Source of the DNA: an uncultured Bacilli bacterium
GTDB taxonomy: Bacteria > Bacillota_I > Bacilli_A > RF39 > UBA660
Assembly (NCBI GenBank): GCA_947625535.1
Contig: CANQOR010000001.1
Coordinates: 2,661-66,660, forward strand
Length of the DNA stretch: 64,000 bases
Reading direction: 5' to 3'
Part shown: piece by piece, positions 1-10,334 of the stretch
Numbering within the stretch: the first letter of the stretch is position 1
How the letters are laid out: every line of letters begins with the position of its first letter
Program-made: the position numbers and the translations under genes
Notes under the pieces: model-generated
What the model was told of the DNA's origin: nothing
Databases searched by the model: none
What the model saw: only the letters and a program-made list of their open reading frames with translations

Positions 1-217
1 AATTATAATCTTCATTTGGATTTAAAATATCTAGTAAATGATGAGGAATACCTTGTTTTTCTTCTTCAGTTATTTTAGCAGTTCCAATATTAAGATATTT
101 ATAAACTTGCATAGAATCAGCATTAATTATTTCACCATTATATATTTTAGCTAGTTCGATACTTAATTTAGTTTTACCTACACCAGTAGGTCCTGTTATT
201 ACAATTATCATAGACAT
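1..217 (-). CDS. miaA: tRNA dimethylallyltransferase, 5' part (runs off window)
   Basis: Manual translation [24 protein letters not shown]...INADSMQVY...IGTAK...IPHHLLD; AGGAAGGA RBS; not in ORF track. Confidence 0.93.
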   Translation of the reverse strand, partial: MSMIIVITGPTGVGKTKLSIELAKIYNGEIINADSMQVYKYLNIGTAKITEEEKQGIPHHLLDILNPNEDYN

Positions 218-319
218 ATTCCTTCCTAACCCATTATATCACAGAATATAAAAAACCATTATTGTTTAAACTTATTTTAATAAAATATGATAATATTTAA
301 GTATGTAGAGGGGATTTAG

Positions 320-2074
320 ATGAAAAAAATTAAATTTAAGAAAGAGAGTTTTAATAACTTAAAGAAAGCTTTTTATTATGCTAAAAAGCAAAAGAAAGCT
401 TTTATATTATATTTTATAGGGAATATCTTTTTAGCTTTAATTGGAGCTGTTGCTCCACTACTTTCAGCTCAACAATTACTTAGACTTACTAATGGATTAC
501 TTAGTCAATTACTTATTATATCAGTTATTGTTTTAATAGTAGAATTAACACGTAATTTATCACATTTTATTACAAGAAAATATTCACAGATATTTGCTAG
601 AGAAGTACTTAAAGATATTCAAATAGATATAGCAAATGAAGTACTTGCTATGGAAACAGCTGATTTAGATAAGAAATCTAGTGGGGTTTTTATAGATAGA
701 ATGGTTAAAGATACTTCAAGAATTGCTGATATATTTTTAGATCTTAATATGTCTTTAACTGATTTAGTTACTAATTTAGGTATTTTATTTGCCATATTTG
801 TAATTAATAAATTTATATTTGTATACTATGTTTTATCTATTATAATAATCTTTTATTTAGAAAAAGTAAGAATTAAAAAACATAATGAATTAGATAAACA
901 TTATCGTAAGACAGCTGAGAAAACTACTGGATTAGCTAGTGAATTAGTACGAGGAGTTAGAGATATTAAAGTACTTAATGCTAGTAATTCATTTATGAAT
1001 AATATAAAAGAAAAGATTACAATGCTTAATCAAGAAAGATATAAAATGAGTGAAGTTATAAGAACTTATTCTTTTATAGTAGGTAGTGTTAGAGATATAT
1101 TAGATTTTATTTTAATACTTATATCTATTTTTATGATATCTCATAATTATATTACAATAGCTAATGTAGTTATTATATATATGTATCGTGGAAGAGTTTT
1201 TGATTTATTAACATTAACTAGTCATATGATGGAATGGTATAAAGATTTTAATTTATCTGCTAGTCGTGTATTTGAAGTAATAGATAGTGATACTTTTAGA
1301 AAAGAAAAATTTGGGAAGAAACATATTGATAATATTAAGGGAGATTTTGAATTTAAGAATGTTTCATTTAGTTATGATGGTAAAAGAAAAGTTTTAGATA
1401 ATTTAAGTTTTAAGATTAAACATAATCAAACTGTTTCTTTTGTAGGTAAATCAGGAGCTGGTAAAACAACAATATTTAATTTACTAGCTAAATTATATAA
1501 TGATTATAAGGGTGAAATATTAATTGATGGTGTTAATATTAATGAATTAGATTGTGATTCAGTTAGAGGAAATATAAGTATTATTACACAAAATCCTTAT
1601 ATATTTAATATGACTATTAGAGAAAATTTAACAATAGTTAAAGAAGGTTTAACAGAAGAAGAAATGGTTAAAGCTTGTGAGTTAGCAATGTTAGATGACT
1701 TTATTAATTCTTTACCTGATGGATATGATACTTTGGTTGGTGAAGGAGGACTTAGTTTATCTGGTGGACAAAGACAAAGACTTGCTATAGCGAGAGCTTT
1801 AGTACAGAAAACAAAGATAATCTTATTTGATGAAGCTACTTCAGCTTTAGATAATGAAACGCAAAAAGGTATTCAAGATGCAATTAATAATATGAAAGAT
1901 GATTATACAATATTAATTATTGCGCATCGTTTATCAACAGTAATTAATAGTGATTTAATTATGATGGTTGATAATGGTCAAATAGTTGATACTGGAACAC
2001 ATGAAGAATTACTTAATAAGAATAAAGAATATAAAAGACTTTATAATATGGAATTAAAAAAGAACCACGATTAA
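320..2074 (+). CDS. ABC exporter, fused permease/ATPase (MsbA/Sav1866-like)
   Basis: N-terminal TM helices; GKSGAGKT, LSGGQRQR, ILFDEATSALD, IAHRLS. Confidence 0.92.
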   Translation: MKKIKFKKESFNNLKKAFYYAKKQKKAFILYFIGNIFLALIGAVAPLLSAQQLLRLTNGLLSQLLIISVIVLIVELTRNLSHFITRKYSQIFAREVLKDIQIDIANEVLAMETADLDKKSSGVFIDRMVKDTSRIADIFLDLNMSLTDLVTNLGILFAIFVINKFIFVYYVLSIIIIFYLEKVRIKKHNELDKHYRKTAEKTTGLASELVRGVRDIKVLNASNSFMNNIKEKITMLNQERYKMSEVIRTYSFIVGSVRDILDFILILISIFMISHNYITIANVVIIYMYRGRVFDLLTLTSHMMEWYKDFNLSASRVFEVIDSDTFRKEKFGKKHIDNIKGDFEFKNVSFSYDGKRKVLDNLSFKIKHNQTVSFVGKSGAGKTTIFNLLAKLYNDYKGEILIDGVNINELDCDSVRGNISIITQNPYIFNMTIRENLTIVKEGLTEEEMVKACELAMLDDFINSLPDGYDTLVGEGGLSLSGGQRQRLAIARALVQKTKIILFDEATSALDNETQKGIQDAINNMKDDYTILIIAHRLSTVINSDLIMMVDNGQIVDTGTHEELLNKNKEYKRLYNMELKKNHD

Positions 2075-3840
2075 TTCATGGCTCTTTTAAACATTTTTTC
2101 TAAATCGTAAATACTAAATTTTATAATAGTAGGTCTTCCGTGAGGACAATTATAAGGATTATCAGTATTAACTAGTTCTCTTAGGATTTCTTCTTGAGCT
2201 TCAGTACTTATTCTTGTATTAGCTTTAATACTCATTTTACAAGCTAAAGTTATAGCTATATGTTCATTAAATTTAACACGATCAAACTTATTACCTAAAA
2301 CAATTATAGAATCAAATATTTTATGAATAGATTCTTCTTCGTAGCCTTCTTTTAACCAAGTAGGATGTTCTTTAATAGTATATGTATTATAACCAAATTC
2401 TTCTATTACAAAACCCATATTATTTAAGATATCCATATGTTCTTTAATAGTTAGAAAATCACTAGCATTTAATTCAATATTAATTGGAAATAAAGGGGCG
2501 ATTGTGGTAATATGTTCTTCTTTTAAAGCTTTTAAATATTTATCATAATTAATGCGTTCTTGAGCAGCATGTTGATCTATTAAATACATTCCTTCTTCAT
2601 TTTGAGCAACTATATAAGTACCTAGGACTAGACCTACAGGATATAAAACTAATTTTTTAAATTCATTATTAATAATAAGATCTTTGGGTTTATTATACTC
2701 TACTTCATCTTCATTAATACTTAAGTCTAATTCTGTTTGATAAGTTTCTTCTTTTGTTTCATTAGATGAAACAATATTATTTACAATATTATCTTTTATC
2801 ATAGAATTAGGTAATGTTATATTAGATTGTTCTTCTTTAAGAGCATTAGGAATTAATAATTCTTCATATAATTTATTTTTTATAGTATCAATTATCATTT
2901 GATATAGTTCTTCGGTTTTACTTAGTTTTATATCTTGTTTAGTAGGATGAATATTAACATCTATTAAAGTTGGATCGGTTTCAAATTTTAATATAACTAT
3001 TGGGTATTTAATATCTGGTTTATATGTATAATAAGCATCATTTATAGCTCTATTTAAATCGTTATTTTTTACAACACGACCATTTACTATCGTAATCATA
3101 TGATTACGATTAGATTTTAATATTTCTGGTTTACAGATATATCCTTCCATATCATAATCATCTGTACTACCTTTAACATATAACATTTTACTAGAGATAT
3201 TTAAACCATATATTTCATGTATTGTTTTATGTAAGTTATTAGAACCACTTGTTTTAGTAATTATTTTATTATTGTTAGTTAATGTAAATTGAATATTAGG
3301 ATAAGATAATGCTAGTTTTTCAATATAGGAAACTGTATTAGCTAGTTCGTATTGTTCACTTTTTAGGTATTTTAAACGAGCTGGGGTATTATAAAATAAG
3401 TTAGAAACACTTATTATAGTACCTCTTCTAGCATCAGCTGGTTCATCTATTTCTAGTTTACCACCTTTTATATGTAGATGAGTTCCAATATTAGATGAAC
3501 AAGTAATTAAATCAACTTCAGATACAGAAGCTATTGAAGGGAGAGCTTCACCTCTAAAACCTAATGTATTTATAAAAAATAAGTCATCTTCTTTAGTTAG
3601 TTTACTAGTAGCATGTCTTTCAAATGATAGTAAAGCATCATCATGTTCCATACCTATTCCATCATCAGTTATTTTTATTTCGGTTAAACCTCCATCTATT
3701 AAATCTACTTTAATAGAAGTAGATAAAGCATCAATACTATTTTCTACTAGTTCTTTAACTACTGAGGCACATTTTTCTACTACTTCACCTGCTGCTATTT
3801 TATTAGCTAAGTTTTCACTCATTACTTTTATTTTAGCCAT
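2071..3840 (-). CDS. mutL: DNA mismatch repair endonuclease MutL
   Basis: NKIAAGEVVE, GFRGEAL, DQHAAQER, CPHGRP. Confidence 0.97.
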   Translation of the reverse strand: MAKIKVMSENLANKIAAGEVVEKCASVVKELVENSIDALSTSIKVDLIDGGLTEIKITDDGIGMEHDDALLSFERHATSKLTKEDDLFFINTLGFRGEALPSIASVSEVDLITCSSNIGTHLHIKGGKLEIDEPADARRGTIISVSNLFYNTPARLKYLKSEQYELANTVSYIEKLALSYPNIQFTLTNNNKIITKTSGSNNLHKTIHEIYGLNISSKMLYVKGSTDDYDMEGYICKPEILKSNRNHMITIVNGRVVKNNDLNRAINDAYYTYKPDIKYPIVILKFETDPTLIDVNIHPTKQDIKLSKTEELYQMIIDTIKNKLYEELLIPNALKEEQSNITLPNSMIKDNIVNNIVSSNETKEETYQTELDLSINEDEVEYNKPKDLIINNEFKKLVLYPVGLVLGTYIVAQNEEGMYLIDQHAAQERINYDKYLKALKEEHITTIAPLFPINIELNASDFLTIKEHMDILNNMGFVIEEFGYNTYTIKEHPTWLKEGYEEESIHKIFDSIIVLGNKFDRVKFNEHIAITLACKMSIKANTRISTEAQEEILRELVNTDNPYNCPHGRPTIIKFSIYDLEKMFKRAMN

Positions 3841-3851
3841 TTTAACACCTC

Positions 3852-4859
3852 CTAGAAGATGGAATTTCTTATTTCGAATATTTTATCATTTGTTGTATAA
3901 ATTGTTAATTTACAAGCTTTTTTGATATTAATAAAGCCAAGGCTTTTAATTATTAAATCTGAATTATCTGGAATAGATAGTTCTATTTTTTTTAAGTTAG
4001 TTAATTTATCATCATTATTAAAGATTCTTTTTATATTTAGTTCATTACTAATATAGAAAGTAAAACTATTATTACTATTAGAATTTATTCTTAGTTTATC
4101 TTCGATTATAAAAGAAGTTATTTCTTTAGTTTGATATGTTATAGGTTTTAAATATTTCTTAGGATTAGTTCTTTCTATTAAACTATATTCATCTTCTTTA
4201 TAGATAACGTTATTTAAGTTAAAACCTGGTGAATCTATTAAAGTAAGATATTCACTTACAGGAATATTTATAAAATCAATTGTAGTATTAGGTATAGAAC
4301 TAGTAGTTATTTTATATTTAATATCTTCATGATAGAAACCATTAATTTTATTTATTAAGTTAGATTTACCACTATTAGCATAACCTAAGATATAACATGT
4401 TTTAATATGTTGTTCTTCTAAATTATTAATTAAAGATTTAGTATTTAGATTCTTTTTAGTACTTTGAAAATAAATATTTTCTTTTATATTATAATTAGTT
4501 TTTAAATATTCAATTAATTTATTTTTATTAATAGATTTAGGTATGATATCTAATTTACTTATTATTAAAGATTTAGAACATTTAATTTTTTTAAATGTTT
4601 GTAATGTTTCTTCGTTTATATTAAGAAAATCAATCATAAAATAAACATATTTAGCTTTTTTGTTTACTTCTTCTAAAATATAATTATTAATATTATTTAA
4701 TTTAGTAATAAATTTTTCATTATAATTAGTTATTTTAAAACATCTTTCACAGTATTTAGTATCTTCGATATTAGTTTTAGGAGTATAACCTACTTTAGAT
4801 TTATCTTTATTTTGTAAGATAGCTCCACAACCTAAACATTTATTCATAATAGTATTCAC
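3852..4859 (-). CDS. yqeH: Ribosome biogenesis GTPase YqeH-like (circularly permuted)
   Basis: N-terminal CxxC...CxxC; G4 SKLD before G1 GYANSGKS; DSPG; next to yqeG. Confidence 0.85.
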   Translation of the reverse strand: MNTIMNKCLGCGAILQNKDKSKVGYTPKTNIEDTKYCERCFKITNYNEKFITKLNNINNYILEEVNKKAKYVYFMIDFLNINEETLQTFKKIKCSKSLIISKLDIIPKSINKNKLIEYLKTNYNIKENIYFQSTKKNLNTKSLINNLEEQHIKTCYILGYANSGKSNLINKINGFYHEDIKYKITTSSIPNTTIDFINIPVSEYLTLIDSPGFNLNNVIYKEDEYSLIERTNPKKYLKPITYQTKEITSFIIEDKLRINSNSNNSFTFYISNELNIKRIFNNDDKLTNLKKIELSIPDNSDLIIKSLGFINIKKACKLTIYTTNDKIFEIRNSIF

Positions 4860-5367
4860 CTCTTTTTATAATGGATGTTTTTTTAAATAGTCTTTGTTCA
4901 CGTAAACGATTTATTTTAGTAATTATCGATTCTTTAGAAGATAATCTATCAACATAAATACTTAAGATATTTAGTTTATTAGCACCAAGTATATCAGTAT
5001 ATATTTGATCACCTATCATAGCTATTTCTTCTATTTTTAAATTATTTTCTTTTATTATTTTAAGATAGGTCTTTTTTAAGGGTTTAGATGATAAGTAATA
5101 GTATTTAACATTAAGAGAGTTAGCAAAACGAGATGCTCTTTTTTTTAGGGCATTACTTATTATTATAATAGTAAATCCTTCTTTTTTAAGTTTATTAAAT
5201 AAGTTAATTGTTTTAATAGAAGGTTCTTTTTTAAAGACTTCAGCAATAGTATTATCGATATCAAATAGTAAATATTTAATTTGATGTTTTTTTAAGTAAT
5301 TATAATCTATTGTAAAGATATCTTTAGTATATATACGGGGTTTATATAAATTAGACATAGACTTCAA
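4840..5367 (-). CDS. yqeG: YqeG-family HAD-IIIA phosphatase
   Basis: DIDNT, SN, KP, MIGDQIYTDILGAN. Confidence 0.9.
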   Translation of the reverse strand: MKSMSNLYKPRIYTKDIFTIDYNYLKKHQIKYLLFDIDNTIAEVFKKEPSIKTINLFNKLKKEGFTIIIISNALKKRASRFANSLNVKYYYLSSKPLKKTYLKIIKENNLKIEEIAMIGDQIYTDILGANKLNILSIYVDRLSSKESIITKINRLREQRLFKKTSIIKRGEYYYE

Positions 5368-5422
5368 CCTCTCTTATATTATAACTTAATTTTAAGATTT
5401 AAAAAACTACTTTATTAGTAGT

Positions 5423-6043
5423 TTAATTAGCATTACATGTTGAATTAGATGCAGCGAATATTTTAGTACAATTAGCATCACCACATAGATGGTTATCTTT
5501 AATATATAACATTTTCTTAGATAGTTTTTTATCATTAGGAGTAAATGTTATTACACCATTTTTTATCTTGTATTTACCTTCTATTAAGTCATTTTCACTA
5601 GCTTCATCAGAATCAGTTAAAGTAAATTCACCATGAGATTTTATATTATATAAAGTAATATTAGTTTTAGCTGTATTTTGGGTAGCACTATGAACACCAG
5701 GTAGTTTTTCTAATTCTTCAATGTATGTAGTTATCGAATCTAGAGAAGAAAAGATAATGACATAAGTATCATAAATATCTGGGTCAGTACCTAATTGTTC
5801 TTCATAGTCTTCTCTACTATAGTAAGAAGAACTTATAACATTTTGAAATTCTTCAATTTGTTTTAAAATCTTTTCATCTTGCTTAGAAGTATGATTTCTT
5901 TCTAATAAGACAACTATAGAAGATTTTTCTTCGTAATTACACCAGTAACCTTCATATTTTTTATTATTGATATTTTTAAAGATAGTTAGAGCTACTAAAA
6001 TAATTATAATAACTCCTAGTAAAAATATTATTTTTTTATTCAT
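5423..6043 (-). CDS. Membrane-anchored protein with an FtsX extracellular-domain-like segment
   Basis: Single N-terminal TM; IVVLL...V...YYSRED...LEKLPGV pattern resembles FtsX ECD. Confidence 0.5.
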   Translation of the reverse strand: MNKKIIFLLGVIIIILVALTIFKNINNKKYEGYWCNYEEKSSIVVLLERNHTSKQDEKILKQIEEFQNVISSSYYSREDYEEQLGTDPDIYDTYVIIFSSLDSITTYIEELEKLPGVHSATQNTAKTNITLYNIKSHGEFTLTDSDEASENDLIEGKYKIKNGVITFTPNDKKLSKKMLYIKDNHLCGDANCTKIFAASNSTCNAN

Positions 6044-6045
6044 AA

Positions 6046-6939
6046 TTAATCCCTTCTTATAAATTCATATTCTTTATTATTTTTTAAATTAGTTACTACT
6101 AAATATAAAGGAGATACTTTTTTTATTTGATATAGTTTTTTATATGTACCTTCTTTAGTATCATTAACATATATTATATCATCTTTTATATAATAATATT
6201 GTATAACATATTTAGATAAATCTTCAGGTTTTTCATATCCTTCGTATTTACCTTTTTCAGAAATACTTATAAAGTAATCATAACATGGAAAGAAGATTAA
6301 GTTTGTATATGTCATATCAGTTAAAGTATCATCTTTAAATTCATAATCTTCCCAGGAATGAGTTATATTAAAAATACTATGTTCTTTATAAAAGTTTTTA
6401 GATTCATCTAAAGTCCAAGATAAGTTTAAGTAATCATTAGATAAACCTATATTACCATTTTCATATTCTTCTAAGGCTTTATTATAGTATGTAGTTAATT
6501 CTTCTTTAGGAGTTATATCTATATCTTCTACTATACCTAGTCCTTTTAGATTATTATATAAAGATTGATAATCTTCATAAGGAGTTGCTACTTTTATTTC
6601 ACCATTTTTATAAATAAAGTATGATAATGGTTCTGGGGTGATATTCATAAATTCTACTAAAGCCATATCTGATGATATATCAATATGATTATAATCAACA
6701 TAATAAATATTCACTTTAGCATTATTAACTACTTTACCTAAGTAATCCATATATTCATTATATTTATCAGCTGTCTCATCAACAAAAGCAAACACTAAGT
6801 CTTTATGTTCTTCACTAGATAAATGATTTACTAAATCAGTAGCAGTTATCTCTATTAAATGATATTCTTTTTTATTACTACATGAACATATAAAAATAGG
6901 TATACATAGTATTATAAATAATTGTAAGATTTTTTTCAT
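6046..6939 (-). CDS. Putative lipoprotein with thioredoxin-like segment lacking CxxC
   Basis: Signal peptide ending ICSC; IYYVD...P...YKNGEI pattern. Confidence 0.5.
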   Translation of the reverse strand: MKKILQLFIILCIPIFICSCSNKKEYHLIEITATDLVNHLSSEEHKDLVFAFVDETADKYNEYMDYLGKVVNNAKVNIYYVDYNHIDISSDMALVEFMNITPEPLSYFIYKNGEIKVATPYEDYQSLYNNLKGLGIVEDIDITPKEELTTYYNKALEEYENGNIGLSNDYLNLSWTLDESKNFYKEHSIFNITHSWEDYEFKDDTLTDMTYTNLIFFPCYDYFISISEKGKYEGYEKPEDLSKYVIQYYYIKDDIIYVNDTKEGTYKKLYQIKKVSPLYLVVTNLKNNKEYEFIRRD

Positions 6940-7011
6940 ATTATCAAATCCCCATATTAGAATTATATCATTTTAATAGTTATTTTAAAATATAATTTAT
7001 TAGGTGATTTA

Positions 7012-7701
7012 ATGTTTTTAAGATTATTAAACTTATTTAAAGGTTTATTTTGTTTTACAGGAAGTTATTCTAATAATATATTTCCAGAGCCATTAAGTGA
7101 AGATGAAGAACAAAGATGTATAGATTTATTAATGAAGGGTGATAGTAATGCTCGTAATAAGTTAATTGAACATAATTTAAGATTAGTAGCTCATATATGT
7201 AAGAGATTTGAAGATAAGAATATATCTAGTGATGATTTAATAAGTATTGGAACGATTGGTTTAATTAAAGGAATAGATAGTTATAATCCGAATAAGAATA
7301 TTAAAATAACAACTTATATAGCCAAATGCGCTGAAAATGAAATATTAATGTATTTTAGAAGTAATAAAAAATATGGGAATGATATTAGTTTAAATGATTA
7401 TATAGGTTTAGATAAAGATGGTAATGAAATATCTTTATTAGATGTATTACCTTCTTTAGAAGATGATTTACCTACAATGATATTTAATAATATGAATATT
7501 GAATTATTACATAAATATTTAAATATATTAAATGAACGAGAGAAAGATATAATTATTAAAAGATATGGTCTTTATAATACAAATGAATATACACAAAAAG
7601 AGATTGCTAAAGAACTTAAGATAAGTCGAAGTTATGTTTCGAGAATAGAAAAAAGAGCTTTAACTAAGTTATATAAAGAGTTTTATAAAAATAACAAATA
7701 A
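7012..7701 (+). CDS. sigK: Sporulation sigma factor pro-SigK, uninterrupted
   Basis: Pro-sequence, FPEPLS, ARNKLIEHNLRLVAHI, DLISIGTIGLIK, TQKEIAKELKISRSYVSRIEKRAL. Confidence 0.9.
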   Translation: MFLRLLNLFKGLFCFTGSYSNNIFPEPLSEDEEQRCIDLLMKGDSNARNKLIEHNLRLVAHICKRFEDKNISSDDLISIGTIGLIKGIDSYNPNKNIKITTYIAKCAENEILMYFRSNKKYGNDISLNDYIGLDKDGNEISLLDVLPSLEDDLPTMIFNNMNIELLHKYLNILNEREKDIIIKRYGLYNTNEYTQKEIAKELKISRSYVSRIEKRALTKLYKEFYKNNK

Positions 7702-7711
7702 AAAAAAGAAG

Positions 7712-8155
7712 TTATTCACTTCTTCGATCCATTTCTATGTTATCAACGTCATCAACTATACTTAGTTGTTCTTCAACGACTTGTCTAATACGAGCTTTAT
7801 AGATTTTTAAACTTCTTCTTAGACGATCAGTTTCGATATCAGTTTTTTCGGCTTTGATTAAGGCATCATTAACAATTTGAGAAGCATTCTTTTTAGCAGT
7901 TGAAATTATTAAATCAGCTTCTTCTTTTGCAATCTTTCTTAATTGATTAGATGATTCTTCAGCTAATAAAGCTGCTTTATTCATCGTTGTTTCTAAATTA
8001 CGAAAACGTTGTAATTCATTTTGTAATAAAGATATTTCTGTATCTTTATTTTTTAACTTATTTAACATGCTTTCATATTCATTAGTTACATCATTAACAA
8101 ATTTATTTACTTCTTGTTTATCATAGCCGTTAATAGTTGTACTAAACTTTCGCAT
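7712..8155 (-). CDS. divIVA: DivIVA cell division protein
   Basis: FSTTINGYDKQEVNKF, coiled coil; downstream of sepF. Confidence 0.88.
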   Translation of the reverse strand: MRKFSTTINGYDKQEVNKFVNDVTNEYESMLNKLKNKDTEISLLQNELQRFRNLETTMNKAALLAEESSNQLRKIAKEEADLIISTAKKNASQIVNDALIKAEKTDIETDRLRRSLKIYKARIRQVVEEQLSIVDDVDNIEMDRRSE

Positions 8156-8185
8156 AACTCACCCTCTTTGAAAGAGTATGATCTA

Positions 8186-8587
8186 TTACCACTCTATTTC
8201 TTCTTCAGACTTTTCTTGTTCTTTAGAACTATCGTCACTTATTTTACCTTGAACATTAACATTTTTGGGAGTACATAAATAAATACCAACACCAACTTTT
8301 TGCATAGTTCCACCAATAGCATAAATGCAACCGCTTAAAAAGTCAATTATTCTTTTGGCTTGGTCAGAAGTTACTCTCTTTAAGTTAACTACAACACTAT
8401 TACGATTTTTTAAATGATCAGCTATTTGTTGTGATTCAGAATAAGCACGTGGCTCAAGAAGAATCATTTTATTAGAACTATTATCTACTTCGTTAGTTTC
8501 TTTTTCATAGTAATCATCTTCTGTACCATTTAATGCTCTTTCATCTTCATCAACTGGTTGGAAAATGCTCTTTAAATTAAATGCCAT
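8186..8587 (-). CDS. sepF: Cell division protein SepF
   Basis: IADHLKNRNSVVVNL, AKRIIDFLSG, IYLCTP. Confidence 0.95.
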   Translation of the reverse strand: MAFNLKSIFQPVDEDERALNGTEDDYYEKETNEVDNSSNKMILLEPRAYSESQQIADHLKNRNSVVVNLKRVTSDQAKRIIDFLSGCIYAIGGTMQKVGVGIYLCTPKNVNVQGKISDDSSKEQEKSEEEIEW

Positions 8588-8669
8588 ATTTCTAGCCTCC
8601 TATATTTTAATACCATTTTTATTATATATGATAATAAAAATTTTTTCAATACGTTTTATTAAAAAGAGA

Positions 8670-10241
8670 CTAATTTTGATTATCAGTTTGATGAAGAGTT
8701 AAATTATAACAACTACGACTTAAATCTAATTGTTGAACTAACATTTTTTCATATGTTAAATGAATATGTTTATATTCTTCATCTTGAATTCTAGTAAGAA
8801 TTTCTTTAACATGATTAACTATTTCATCAGTTATTATCTGATGCTTATAATTAAATAAATTAGATATTGAAGCATCTATTAAGATAATTACATCATCTTT
8901 TTCAGCATAAGATATTTTAATAGAATCACTAAATAAATGATAAAAATTAATACCTGAAATAGTATTTATTTTCTTACCAGCTATTTCTTTATGAGCTAAC
9001 TTAGTTAATGTATCATATATTTCATGATAGAAAGTAATATCGATTAAAGAGATAGATTCGATAATATTAGGATTACCTGCTCTATCAGTTAAATAATAAA
9101 ATGATTCACTATTTTTAACTGGAGTTTTACTATTTTTAATAATTAATCTTAAAGTAGATATTCTTTGTTCTAAGATATCTAACATTGATGTTACTTCATC
9201 AGTACCAGCTATTAATTCTAAATATTTACATAATGAGATAATATCATTACGAGCACGATTTACTAAATCTTGAATATTAACATCATTACTAGTAATAATA
9301 ACTTTATTAGCTGTATCCATTAAGTTCATATCTTCATTACTTAAATATTTAGGAAGAATTTCATTAATTCTTCGATAATCTTTTTCTTTACGACGTTCTA
9401 TTTCAATTTTCATTAAATTTAAATAACTTTTCTTTTCACTACTAGATAAATTACTACGATCTAAGACTAATACAAAGTCTTCAATACTAGATGGTATTTT
9501 AATTATATGATCATCCTTAATATAAGATTCTATTGTATCTAAAGAACTAGTTTTTTTAGATTCTTCTATAGGTTCTTCTTTTAAAGATGATAAATAATTA
9601 ATTACTTCATTTAAATAAGCTTTTTTACTTTCAGTTAAATTATCATATATTAAAACATTAAATATTTTACGAGTAGTAAAAATTAAAGAATGAATATTTA
9701 CTTCTTCTAAGATATTGCCTTGTAAGTCAAAATTACCAGCATAATCATGTTCAATAGTAGAAATAAAATCATTTTGTTTTTTCTTTACTAATTTAAATAA
9801 AGAGATAATAGTTTTAATAAAGAAAGCTGGATGAATATGTTTTTGTAAACTATAATTTAATAATTCATTAACTAATTCACTATTAGGATATATAGAATTT
9901 ATAAAAGTAGTTTCACCTATTTTATTAAGGGAATCTATTAATTCTTGATTTATTTTTTTAAGTTTATCTAATTCATTAGTATATTCTTTTACCCATTCAC
10001 TTCTAATAAATTTTTTTAATTCATTATCTTGAGGAGATATAAATTTATGAATTAGTTTTCTTTTATGTTTTTTAAAATATAATTCAATTATAGTTTTTTT
10101 AGGACCAAATTCATTTAAATTAATTTGGTCAAGGGGTGGAATTAAGGAAATCTTTTTACTTAGTTCCTCAATCATTTCATTATTATGTTTAATTACATCT
10201 TTTAAGTATTTTTTAAAATTTTCTAAATTCATTTTTATCAC
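8670..10241 (-). CDS. Hypothetical helical protein, possible degenerate RelE/HigB-like C-terminal domain
   Basis: 523-aa ORF with GGAGTG RBS; C-terminal FYYLTDRAGNP...ISYAEKDDVIILIDA. Confidence 0.6.
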   Translation of the reverse strand: MIKMNLENFKKYLKDVIKHNNEMIEELSKKISLIPPLDQINLNEFGPKKTIIELYFKKHKRKLIHKFISPQDNELKKFIRSEWVKEYTNELDKLKKINQELIDSLNKIGETTFINSIYPNSELVNELLNYSLQKHIHPAFFIKTIISLFKLVKKKQNDFISTIEHDYAGNFDLQGNILEEVNIHSLIFTTRKIFNVLIYDNLTESKKAYLNEVINYLSSLKEEPIEESKKTSSLDTIESYIKDDHIIKIPSSIEDFVLVLDRSNLSSSEKKSYLNLMKIEIERRKEKDYRRINEILPKYLSNEDMNLMDTANKVIITSNDVNIQDLVNRARNDIISLCKYLELIAGTDEVTSMLDILEQRISTLRLIIKNSKTPVKNSESFYYLTDRAGNPNIIESISLIDITFYHEIYDTLTKLAHKEIAGKKINTISGINFYHLFSDSIKISYAEKDDVIILIDASISNLFNYKHQIITDEIVNHVKEILTRIQDEEYKHIHLTYEKMLVQQLDLSRSCYNLTLHQTDNQN

Positions 10242-10296
10242 TCCCTTTTTAAATACGGTTTTTATTATATAATATATTTATTTTAGGGACAAACGA

Positions 10297-10320
10297 AAAG
10301 GCAGAATTTAATCTGCCTTT
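10297..10320 (-). terminator. Intrinsic terminator after glyQS
   Basis: AAAGGCAGA-ATTTAA-TCTGCCTTT inverted repeat. Confidence 0.7.
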
Positions 10321-10334
10321 ACTGGAATTTGACA

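Noticed and set aside
7012-7701. skin-like element interrupting sigK
   Set aside because: ORF is continuous through sigma regions 2-4
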